This document shows, piece by piece, positions 54,267 to 62,162 of a DNA stretch of 64,000 nucleotides. Numbering within the stretch: position 1 is the stretch's first letter; each line of letters opens with the position of its first letter. Origin of the DNA: Acidobacteriota bacterium. Lineage in GTDB: Bacteria; Acidobacteriota; Vicinamibacteria; Vicinamibacterales; JAENWD01. Where the stretch lies: the NCBI GenBank assembly GCA_046735235.1, contig JBKPSY010000027.1:2389-66388 (forward strand), given 5' to 3'. The notes under the pieces were generated by a model, which saw only the letters and a program-made list of their open reading frames with translations, was not told the origin of the DNA and did not search any database. The translations under genes were made by a program, and so were the position numbers.

Positions 54267-54295
54267 CCGGACACAGACTGTTCCCGGAGCGTCTC

Positions 54296-56188
54296 TCAGG
54301 CTCCGGCGTGGTGGGCTATCCAGCGGTCCGCGCTCATCAGGGCGTACATTTCGACCAGTCCGGTCGACAGCATCTCCCCGGTCAAGTCGAAGCGACTCGA
54401 GGCCATTTTCGGGTCGACGACACCAAGGGCCGCCAGCCGGGGGAATTCCCTGAGTTTCGGCCAGGCGGCTGCAACCCCCTTCCACAGGTTCCGCCGGTGG
54501 GTGTCAATCACGCCAGGCCCGTACACCTTTCGCTGGGAGCCAAGTTGGAGCCCGGGGAGCCGCCGATCGGCCACCGGCCGCAGCAGCCCCTTGTAGCGGG
54601 CCCCGTCGAGGAGGACCTGCGCCGGCACGGCGTTGAGAAACCGCACCAGCCGGCGGTCGTGATAGGGGCTGAGCAGCCGAAGGCCGCAGGCCGACTCGAT
54701 GTGGAAGCCCAGCTCGAACTCGTACACGAAATACGGGTTCACGACCGAGCGCTGCTCGTGGCGGTAGAAGTTCGCCGGCACCTGTCCCTTGTCTGTGAGC
54801 GACGCAGGGCGCTGGGAGAGCAGCGTGTCGCGGACGGCTTCCCGAAGCTCGAGGTCGGGGCACAGCCAATCCGGCAGCGCCGCAACGGCACGCCGACGAT
54901 GGTATTGGCTCTTCACGCCGGGCATGAGCTTCGCCGCCCATGCGTCGAGCAGCACACGAGCCCCGCCAGACCACAGGAGCGTCTCGGCAGCGGCACGCAT
55001 CGACAGGCCCCCCGTGTCGGTGTAGGAACGGACGAACCGCGTGAGTTGCCCGAGTCGCAGACGTCGCATGCTCTCAGCGGCGTACGCGTTTCCGACCGAC
55101 ACCCAGTTGTCGCCGCCCGACCCGGTCAGCAGCACCCGCACCTGCTGCGCCGCCGTGCGGCGGTAGAAAGCCATGTAGCTGCCGACCCAGTAGATCCGCG
55201 ACGGCGCCGGCAGCTCCGGCACGATGTCGAGCGACATCTCGACGTCGTTTTGCCCGCCGGTCCACTCGGCCTCCGTCATGAGGATGTGGCGCATGCCGAG
55301 GGCCGACGTGGTCGCCGTCTGCATCGGCTCCTCGCCGCCTTCGAGTGAAGCGCCGCCGCTGCGGCCCGACACCGCCGTGATGAGCGGAGTGCCGTGCGCG
55401 GTCGAATACTCGGCCGCCAGGGCCGCAATCGTCACCGAGTCGAGGCCGCCGCTGAGCATGATCCCCTGGGGATCGAGCTCCATGCATCGCGAGACCGCGT
55501 CGATGAGCGCGGGCTCGAACTGCTCGCGTACCTCCGCGGGCGTCATGTCAGGCTCGCCGTCTTCGAGCCACGGGCTGAAGTATGCGTGCTCGTGGATCGA
55601 CAGATCAGGCGCGATGCGCAGGAATCGGCCCGGAGTGAGCCGGCGGATATCCTCGAAGAATGTCTGCCCTTCCGCGGGCCACTTCGTGAGCGCTGACAGG
55701 ACGAGGGAGACGCGATTGATGCGCCTCGACACGGAACCGCTGTGGGCGATCGCCAACACGTTCGGCCCGAACAGCAACGTGCCCGACGCCGTCGCGTAGT
55801 ACGCCGGGTGATGGCCCAGCGCGTCATGGCCAAGCAGTAGTCGCGACGTTCCAGGATCCCAGATGGCGAGAAAATACGACCCGTCGAGCCGATCGAAGAC
55901 GGCCTCGCCCCACTGCGCGTACGCGGCCGCCGCAATCTGCGCGTCAGTCGCGCCGCCGTCGAGCTGGAGCGAAACCCGAAGCTCCCGCCGCTCGAACAGG
56001 TACCCGTCGAACAGCACGACGCCCGGATCGTCGGCGCGACCGAACGTCGCGATGTCTACGTCCTCCGCGGGACGGACAATCGCCAGCGGGCCGACGCGAC
56101 GCGTCCCGACTGGAAGCGTCTCAGCACTCGTGGCGGGAAAGCACGCGTACCACGTCGGGAGGGCAATCCGACCGGCGCTACTGCTCAC
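54296..56188 (-). CDS. asparagine synthetase B-like lasso peptide cyclase (C protein)
   Basis: 630 aa with the PP-loop motif LSGGLDSVTIAALAAE. The N-terminus is MSSSAGR, with no Cys2 glutaminase nucleophile, as in McjC-type cyclases. Confidence 0.85.
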   Translation of the reverse strand: MSSSAGRIALPTWYACFPATSAETLPVGTRRVGPLAIVRPAEDVDIATFGRADDPGVVLFDGYLFERRELRVSLQLDGGATDAQIAAAAYAQWGEAVFDRLDGSYFLAIWDPGTSRLLLGHDALGHHPAYYATASGTLLFGPNVLAIAHSGSVSRRINRVSLVLSALTKWPAEGQTFFEDIRRLTPGRFLRIAPDLSIHEHAYFSPWLEDGEPDMTPAEVREQFEPALIDAVSRCMELDPQGIMLSGGLDSVTIAALAAEYSTAHGTPLITAVSGRSGGASLEGGEEPMQTATTSALGMRHILMTEAEWTGGQNDVEMSLDIVPELPAPSRIYWVGSYMAFYRRTAAQQVRVLLTGSGGDNWVSVGNAYAAESMRRLRLGQLTRFVRSYTDTGGLSMRAAAETLLWSGGARVLLDAWAAKLMPGVKSQYHRRRAVAALPDWLCPDLELREAVRDTLLSQRPASLTDKGQVPANFYRHEQRSVVNPYFVYEFELGFHIESACGLRLLSPYHDRRLVRFLNAVPAQVLLDGARYKGLLRPVADRRLPGLQLGSQRKVYGPGVIDTHRRNLWKGVAAAWPKLREFPRLAALGVVDPKMASSRFDLTGEMLSTGLVEMYALMSADRWIAHHAGA

Positions 56189-56495
56189 GCGTGACCTTGT
56201 CCGCTACCGGCAGCAGCAGGCCGCCCGCCACCAGCTCGTCCAGCAGCTCGCCGACCGCGCGCGCGATCTCCTCGCCGCTCGAGTGGTACTCCTCGGCCAG
56301 GATTCGCACGATGGCGCCGCGTTCCTCGCCCTCGACTGCCAGCCCGACGATGCGAGCTCCGGTCGCGTTCAGGGCGAACATGGTCTCATCACGGAGATTC
56401 AGAATGAGCGCTTCGTCGCCGCTCGGCTTGAATACCGCGACCGGCGCGAGCAGGTATCGCGTGTGATCGGTCATTGCCGTGGACTCGTCGCTCAC
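56178..56495 (-). CDS. PqqD-family RiPP recognition element protein (B1 candidate, copy 2)
   Basis: 105 aa with ...MFALNATGARIVGLAVEGEERGAIVRILAEEY...LLDELVAGGLL, the PqqD/RRE pattern. GTGA overlap with the methyltransferase stop. Confidence 0.8.
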   Translation of the reverse strand: MSDESTAMTDHTRYLLAPVAVFKPSGDEALILNLRDETMFALNATGARIVGLAVEGEERGAIVRILAEEYHSSGEEIARAVGELLDELVAGGLLLPVADKVTREQ

Positions 56496-57613
56496 ACGTG
56501 CTGCTTGGCGACAGTCTGCACGAACCTGAGCGCCTCGGCCGGCGTGCGGTAGCGATCGGGCTGGAACGCCCGCAGCGACTGCGCGATCTCCGTCATCGTG
56601 CGTCCGCCGTCGCAGAGCGCCAGTACGTGGGCGACGGCGCGCCCCTCGTCCGACAGTTCCGGCCGGTAGTCGAGCGCCGCCTTGCGCAGCGTCGAGGCCT
56701 TCATTGGCGCTGACGCCAGGGTCGAATGCCGCTGGGCTCCAGCCTTAGCCCTCGTCGTCCACAGCCAATCCCCGTACGGCGCGCGCGTGAGCTGAAAGGC
56801 GACGCACTCGCCCTGCTCCAGGGGCATCGGCGGATCCAGGGGCAGGAACGCCAGCGACCAGTGCGACCGCGGTGCGCGCGGCGACGTTGAGAACCAGGTG
56901 TCGCCGAGCTTCGCCGAGAACCACCCGAGCCAGCCGTGACAGATCCCCGAACGCGTGACGATGCTTTCTACGGTGCTGTTGAGCGGCTCGTATTGGCTCT
57001 TATGGAAATCGATCGAGTTGATCAGGACGGGATCGGCCAGCTCGGTGAGCGCCTCGAACCCTTCGGTCCGAAAGAAGAGCGTGTTCGCGGCATACGACCG
57101 CGCGGCCCCGAGATCGACGCCGTGTTGCGGCCGCGACCACGACGCGATTTCACGCTCGTGCAACGCCTCCGCCGTGACCGGCACCACTTCCATGGCCGCG
57201 GCATCAGGAATCAGGTGGCCGCCAGGGCGGAGGAACCGGTCGCGCGCATGGAACAGCACCGGCAGCAGATCCTCGGTGAGCAGGAAGTTGCCGGTGAGGA
57301 CCGAGACGATGACGTCCACCGGCTCGGGCAACGTGACGTCCTCGATGCGGCCCTGGATGCACCGGACGACATCCTGCAGGCCGTTGGCGCGGACGTTCTC
57401 TTCGGCCAGCGCGATGATGTCCTCGGGCTCGACCAGATACACGCGCCGCGCGCCGAGACGCGCGGCCATGAGCCCGTGGACGCCGGTGCCGGCTCCGAGA
57501 TCCAGCACGACGCTGTCCGGAGTGATGGCAGCGGCGAGCGCCCGCGCATAGGCGTCGTTTCGCCACGCATCGAGCGCCATCCCGCGATGGCCTGACACGA
57601 CAACGTAGCTCAT
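56492..57613 (-). CDS. PRMT-like class I SAM methyltransferase with C-terminal RRE-like winged-helix tail
   Basis: 373 aa from the ATG at 57613. SAM motif I VLDLGAGTGVHG, an acidic VEPED, and SVLTGNFLLTEDLL, which resembles the PRMT double-E loop. The C-terminal LALCDGGRTMTEIAQSL...ALRFVQ resembles PqqD. Confidence 0.75.
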   Translation of the reverse strand: MSYVVVSGHRGMALDAWRNDAYARALAAAITPDSVVLDLGAGTGVHGLMAARLGARRVYLVEPEDIIALAEENVRANGLQDVVRCIQGRIEDVTLPEPVDVIVSVLTGNFLLTEDLLPVLFHARDRFLRPGGHLIPDAAAMEVVPVTAEALHEREIASWSRPQHGVDLGAARSYAANTLFFRTEGFEALTELADPVLINSIDFHKSQYEPLNSTVESIVTRSGICHGWLGWFSAKLGDTWFSTSPRAPRSHWSLAFLPLDPPMPLEQGECVAFQLTRAPYGDWLWTTRAKAGAQRHSTLASAPMKASTLRKAALDYRPELSDEGRAVAHVLALCDGGRTMTEIAQSLRAFQPDRYRTPAEALRFVQTVAKQHV

Positions 57614-57627
57614 GAGGCTGGCACCAT

Positions 57628-57915
57628 TCAGACCGCCAGAAACCTGAGCAGCCCGTTGCTCGTGAGCGCGTCGATCAGCCGCTCCACGTCGTCCCGCATC
57701 TGCGACGGGTCGGCGTCGAACTCCTGCAGCAGGGTCTCGTACGCCGCCTGCACCGACGGCATCGTCGTCAAAAGCTCCCACACGCGAGTTCCCACCTCGT
57801 CGAGCGTGAACGACCGCCCCGTGGCGACGTCGACCACCACGGTGATGCCGTCGACAGGACGGCTGATCACGCTGTCAGGCACGAGGAAGCGAATCCGATC
57901 AAACTCGAGCGGCAT
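57628..57915 (-). CDS. PqqD-family RiPP recognition element protein (B1 candidate, copy 1)
   Basis: 95 aa with ..FTLDEVGTRVWELLTTMPSVQAAYETLLQEFDADP...LIDALTSNGLL. Confidence 0.8.
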   Translation of the reverse strand: MPLEFDRIRFLVPDSVISRPVDGITVVVDVATGRSFTLDEVGTRVWELLTTMPSVQAAYETLLQEFDADPSQMRDDVERLIDALTSNGLLRFLAV

Positions 57916-57928
57916 GCGTCGGTGTCAC

Positions 57929-59518
57929 CTAGGGTCCGGCCTCGACGCTGACCACCGGCCAGCTCGCAGCGCGAGCGACTTCCGGCGAATCGTCGCGCAC
58001 GAACACGGAGTTGTGCTCCATCAGGTACGGCTGGGTCACGGGATGCGGCAGATAGCGATCGACGAACGTCTGGTTGGTGATGAGCATGACGTCCCAATAG
58101 CCGGCCTCGACCTGCGCGGCCTCGAACAGCTCGCGGGCGTGCCTGGCAAGGGCGGCCGACACAACCCCGATGACGAAGTCGGGCTTGTGCGCCAGCGATC
58201 GATCGACGTCGTAATGGTTGTGCCCCGTGAACGGGTTCTTCGGGTCTGGTTGCAGGTGTCCGATTTCGCGATCCACCTTCCCGAGCATGTCGAACGCCGT
58301 GCGGTGACTGAAGTACCCCATCGCGCCGGCCGCGGCCACGAGGATTGTCGCTTCCGGGCGGCTGTTACGATTGATCAGCCACGCCGCGACGACCTGGCCC
58401 TGCACGAGGCCGTTGTTGACCGCCCATCCCAGCGACTGGCGGCCGGTGATGCCCGACACCATCACCGTGGACACGAACAGCACCGTCGCCAGAACCATCG
58501 CCACGCGGCGCTCGCTTACGACCGCGATGCCGGCGGCCGCGAACACGATCAGCAGCGGCACGATCGGCGCGATGAAGCGGAAGTGAAAGAACATGTCCGC
58601 CCCGACGAGCACGATCCGCAGCGCGATGAACACGCATGTCATCAACAGGATTCGAATCCGGCGATCGCCCGACGTGACGGCGGCGGCCAGGGCGAGCACG
58701 ACGAGCGTCGGGTACGCCTGGAGGAAGCCCTTCATGTATCCAAGGCCGCTCCAGAAGAGCCCCGATCGGCCGGCGACCTTCAGGTAGTACGTGTTCGGCA
58801 GCCAGTCGCCGTAGTAGTTGATCCGGAACGTCAGGTGCACGGCGAGCGGCAGCGCTGCGAAGACGACGGCCCAGAGCCTGCGGCGGCTTCCCAGCAGGAA
58901 GCCGGCGGCGACGACGATCGCCGTCAGGTCAGCAGCGTCGCTGCGGATGATCGGCAGCAGCCCGGCGAGCAGGCACGTGACGATCGAGCATTCGCCGCGG
59001 TCCGCATCGTCGAGCGCGCGTGTGAGCGCCCACAGAAACACCACGGTGAGCAACGTCGTCTCGAAGCCGTTGACGGCCCAGTAGATCAAATCTATCGAGA
59101 GGGCCAGCGTGCCGAGCGCGGCGAGTCGCAGCCAGCCTGGCGGGCTAGCAAGCCGTCGCAACAGGCGATCCGTGAAGATGAGGATGACCACGGCGAGGCC
59201 GATGTTGATGAGCTCGACCGCCAGGGAAGTCAGACGTTCTGGCACCCCTGCAGCGTGCACCGCGGCCATCACGAACACCCATCCGAGGTTCGTGTAGCCC
59301 TCCACTCGATCTCCGGCGTTCCAGACGAGCCCCAGGCCATCGGCCAGGTTTCTCGCGTACCGCATCGAGATCATCTGGTCGTCGTCCAGGTAGTAGTAGC
59401 GCTGGTGGTCGATGACAACGGTCGCCTGCCGGATCGCCGCGAACGACACCAGCACCATGACCGCCGCCGCAACGACGAGCGGGAGCCTCGACGCGCGCGC
59501 GGGCGACGTGGACGTCAT
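57929..59518 (-). CDS. polytopic membrane protein, GT-C-like putative glycosyltransferase
   Basis: 529 aa from the ATG at 59518 (ATGA overlap with the upstream gene). About 11 or more TM helices, a first-loop acidic motif YYYLDDDQ, and a C-terminal soluble domain. Family assignment is tentative. Confidence 0.45.
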   Translation of the reverse strand: MTSTSPARASRLPLVVAAAVMVLVSFAAIRQATVVIDHQRYYYLDDDQMISMRYARNLADGLGLVWNAGDRVEGYTNLGWVFVMAAVHAAGVPERLTSLAVELINIGLAVVILIFTDRLLRRLASPPGWLRLAALGTLALSIDLIYWAVNGFETTLLTVVFLWALTRALDDADRGECSIVTCLLAGLLPIIRSDAADLTAIVVAAGFLLGSRRRLWAVVFAALPLAVHLTFRINYYGDWLPNTYYLKVAGRSGLFWSGLGYMKGFLQAYPTLVVLALAAAVTSGDRRIRILLMTCVFIALRIVLVGADMFFHFRFIAPIVPLLIVFAAAGIAVVSERRVAMVLATVLFVSTVMVSGITGRQSLGWAVNNGLVQGQVVAAWLINRNSRPEATILVAAAGAMGYFSHRTAFDMLGKVDREIGHLQPDPKNPFTGHNHYDVDRSLAHKPDFVIGVVSAALARHARELFEAAQVEAGYWDVMLITNQTFVDRYLPHPVTQPYLMEHNSVFVRDDSPEVARAASWPVVSVEAGP

Positions 59519-60627
59519 GGCTTGACCCACTTGTGCGCTCCCGTCAGGAGCCGGTGCACGTAGAGCGCCGGGAGCAGCAGCGAACCCTTCACGCCGTACC
59601 GCTCGCGGATAAAGGCCGGCGGCGGAAATGCGTGCTCGCGGATCAGGCGAAGCCGGGCACGCCACGAGCCGAGCGCCGCGAGGTCGCTGGCCAGCACCTG
59701 GCGACGCGTGAGCTGCCCCTCCAGATACCGGTGCGACGGTTCCGACGGCGCAGCCTCGGTGAGCGCTCGCTCGACGGACGCGGGTAGTGTGGCCCTCAGT
59801 TGATTGCGGGCCTGCTGAAGGCCGTCGAGGCACAGCCCGGCGACGCGTCGCTCGCACGCCAGCCGCGCGACGGCAGCCCAGCCGGCGTCGTCCAGTTGCG
59901 CGCCGAGCAGCCTGATGTCCTCCAGCCAAATCAACCGGTCGTGCCCCTGGTGATGCGCCAGCCGATGAATGCAGGCAAGGACGAGCGATGCGGGATGCGA
60001 GGGCATCCGCGCCGACGCGTCGAGTGCCGCGATCGGCAACGCGTCGAGCCAGAGCTCGTCGAAGGGCAATGAATCGGCCAGCATCTGCGGGTTCACGATC
60101 TTCCAGTGCAAGTCGATGACGTGCGAGACGCCAGTCGGATCGACGCGCTCGAAGCTCGCCTGGTGGCTCACGAACTCGCCCGACGTCATGGCATTGCTGC
60201 GCTGATATCCGGCCTCGCTCAGCGCGTGTTCGGCCGCGGCCACCTGCTCGGATGACACCAGGACGTCAGTGTCCATTCGCGGGCGGTGCCATGGGGCGCC
60301 GTACACCGAATATGCGAGCGCCGCGCCTTTCATCAACAGCGCGCGGACGCCGGCCACCGACAGCGACCGCAGCATCGACGAGAGCTCGCGCTGCTCCAGA
60401 AGGTCCCAGGCCATGGCCATCCGCGCACGGGACGCGAGCGCGGCGACGAGCGATTCCGGCGCGCCTGGCATCGTTGAGATCGCCTGCCACACAAGTCGAT
60501 CGACGCCGTGCTCGTCAGCCTCGGCGGCGAGATCGTCGACGGGGTGCTCGGCAAGCTCCCGCGCCGACACGTCGCCGCGGAGAATGCGTGCGAGCAGCCA
60601 CTCCGCGGCCAAAGGTTCAGCAGTCAC
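59515..60627 (-). CDS. uncharacterised nucleotidyltransferase family protein (NTP_transf_5 / PF14907-like)
   Basis: 370 aa with ...LLMKGAALAYSVYGAPWHRPRMDTDVLV...IDLHWKI.... This pattern is typical of the PF14907 family, which often neighbours PqqD/HprK-like genes. Confidence 0.65.
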   Translation of the reverse strand: MTAEPLAAEWLLARILRGDVSARELAEHPVDDLAAEADEHGVDRLVWQAISTMPGAPESLVAALASRARMAMAWDLLEQRELSSMLRSLSVAGVRALLMKGAALAYSVYGAPWHRPRMDTDVLVSSEQVAAAEHALSEAGYQRSNAMTSGEFVSHQASFERVDPTGVSHVIDLHWKIVNPQMLADSLPFDELWLDALPIAALDASARMPSHPASLVLACIHRLAHHQGHDRLIWLEDIRLLGAQLDDAGWAAVARLACERRVAGLCLDGLQQARNQLRATLPASVERALTEAAPSEPSHRYLEGQLTRRQVLASDLAALGSWRARLRLIREHAFPPPAFIRERYGVKGSLLLPALYVHRLLTGAHKWVKP

Positions 60628-60647
60628 CAGATTGCGAAATCAGTGGG

Positions 60648-62162
60648 TCAGTCGAGCGGGGCCGGGGCGACCGGCCTGACGGCAGTCGCCGAGTCCCGGC
60701 CGCTCGACGGACGATGGAGCGCGATTGCTGCGACGACGACGAAGGCGACCGCATTCCCCGGCATCTGAAGGCTGAACTCGACGACCGATTGCAGCGCGAT
60801 CGCCGCCACGGCCGTCGCAGCGCCGAACCGGATCCATGACGTTGCGGGATCGTCTTGACCCGACGAGAAACGCCGCCGGATTCCATCCGCGAAGAGGACC
60901 AGCGTCAATACGATCGGCACGCCCACGAGCAGCCCGCCCTCGGCAGCGAGTTGCAGGTAGTCGTTGTGGGCTTCCAACACCATCAGCTCGTCCGAGGCCG
61001 TCTGGTAGACGCGCATCGCGGCCGCGAACGTGTTGTATCCGGTTCCCACGACGGGGAAGTCTTCCACCACGCGAACGGCGTCGGACCAGATCACTTTCCG
61101 CAGTTGAAACGACGTGTTGCGGGTCGCGAGACGCTCTCCGACGTTGGCGTTGGCCCACAGCACCGGCGCAGCCACGAGGACGCCGATCGCCAGAACGACG
61201 GCAGCCCGCGCGCGGATCGAGCGCTGCCGCCGGACCACGGCCAGCGCGGCGACGGCCATGGCCATGCCGAAGCAGGCGATGCCCGACCGCGAGAGCGTCA
61301 TCATCAGCGAGACGGCCATCACCACGACGGCGAACGCCGCAATCTGGAGGCGTCCACCCTCGGGCGACGACAGCCAGAGGAAACGATGGCGCCAGCCTGG
61401 CCGGACGTTGCGCATGCCGATCTCGGCCTGCGCCAACAAGTAGCCGAGCGCCGTCGGCAGCGCCATCAGCATCCAGCCCGCGAAATGGTTCTTGTTCACG
61501 AACGGGCCGAACGGCGTCGTCAGCTTGAACCGCGGCTCCCAGAAGCCGTAGATCTTCATGCCGTCCCACGCCTGATCTCCGAGGACCGCCTTCTGGATGA
61601 TTCCGATCAGCGCGACCACCACGCCGAAGACCATGAACCAGCCCGCAAAGCGCCGCGCGCCGAAGCGGTTGCAGTGCCGGATGAGCCCGGCGAGCAGCAG
61701 CGAGAACGAGGCCAGGAGCAGCAGCCCTCGCGCGGTCGCGGCGGGGTCAATCGACAGCGGCCGGCTCGGCATCGACGATTGCGCGCCGGCGTCCACTGCC
61801 GCGCTCATGCTTGCGAACACGAGGTCGATCTGCCGGAGGATGATCCCGTTGGCGGGGCTGACCGCATCCACCACGCGCGCGGGCCACGAGATCAGCTGCA
61901 GCGCCGCGGCAAGGATCACGAGCGCAAGCGCCAGCAGCAGCCTCCGTTGATCCTTCAGCAGGCCCGTCGGACGTGTGCCGAACCACCCGGCGATGCCGAC
62001 GACAGCTGCGCCGAGCGCGAGCGGGATGTACGCCCACGGGTAAGGGGAGCCGAACGCCAGGACACCCCAGGCCACGACCAGAACCGCGCCGGCGAACACG
62101 GCCCATCCGATCGCGTCGAGGGCCGGGCGGTGGCGTCCGCTGCTATCCGAGTTGTGGGACAT
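60648..62162 (-). CDS. O-antigen ligase / Wzy_C-domain membrane protein
   Basis: About 504 aa with 10 or more TM helices, TLSRSGI and the EAHNDYLQLAAEGGLL motif of Wzy_C (shared by WaaL, Wzy-like proteins and PglL-type O-oligosaccharyltransferases). ATG at 62162; the track starts at a TTG at 62165. Confidence 0.8.
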   Translation of the reverse strand: MSHNSDSSGRHRPALDAIGWAVFAGAVLVVAWGVLAFGSPYPWAYIPLALGAAVVGIAGWFGTRPTGLLKDQRRLLLALALVILAAALQLISWPARVVDAVSPANGIILRQIDLVFASMSAAVDAGAQSSMPSRPLSIDPAATARGLLLLASFSLLLAGLIRHCNRFGARRFAGWFMVFGVVVALIGIIQKAVLGDQAWDGMKIYGFWEPRFKLTTPFGPFVNKNHFAGWMLMALPTALGYLLAQAEIGMRNVRPGWRHRFLWLSSPEGGRLQIAAFAVVVMAVSLMMTLSRSGIACFGMAMAVAALAVVRRQRSIRARAAVVLAIGVLVAAPVLWANANVGERLATRNTSFQLRKVIWSDAVRVVEDFPVVGTGYNTFAAAMRVYQTASDELMVLEAHNDYLQLAAEGGLLVGVPIVLTLVLFADGIRRRFSSGQDDPATSWIRFGAATAVAAIALQSVVEFSLQMPGNAVAFVVVAAIALHRPSSGRDSATAVRPVAPAPLD

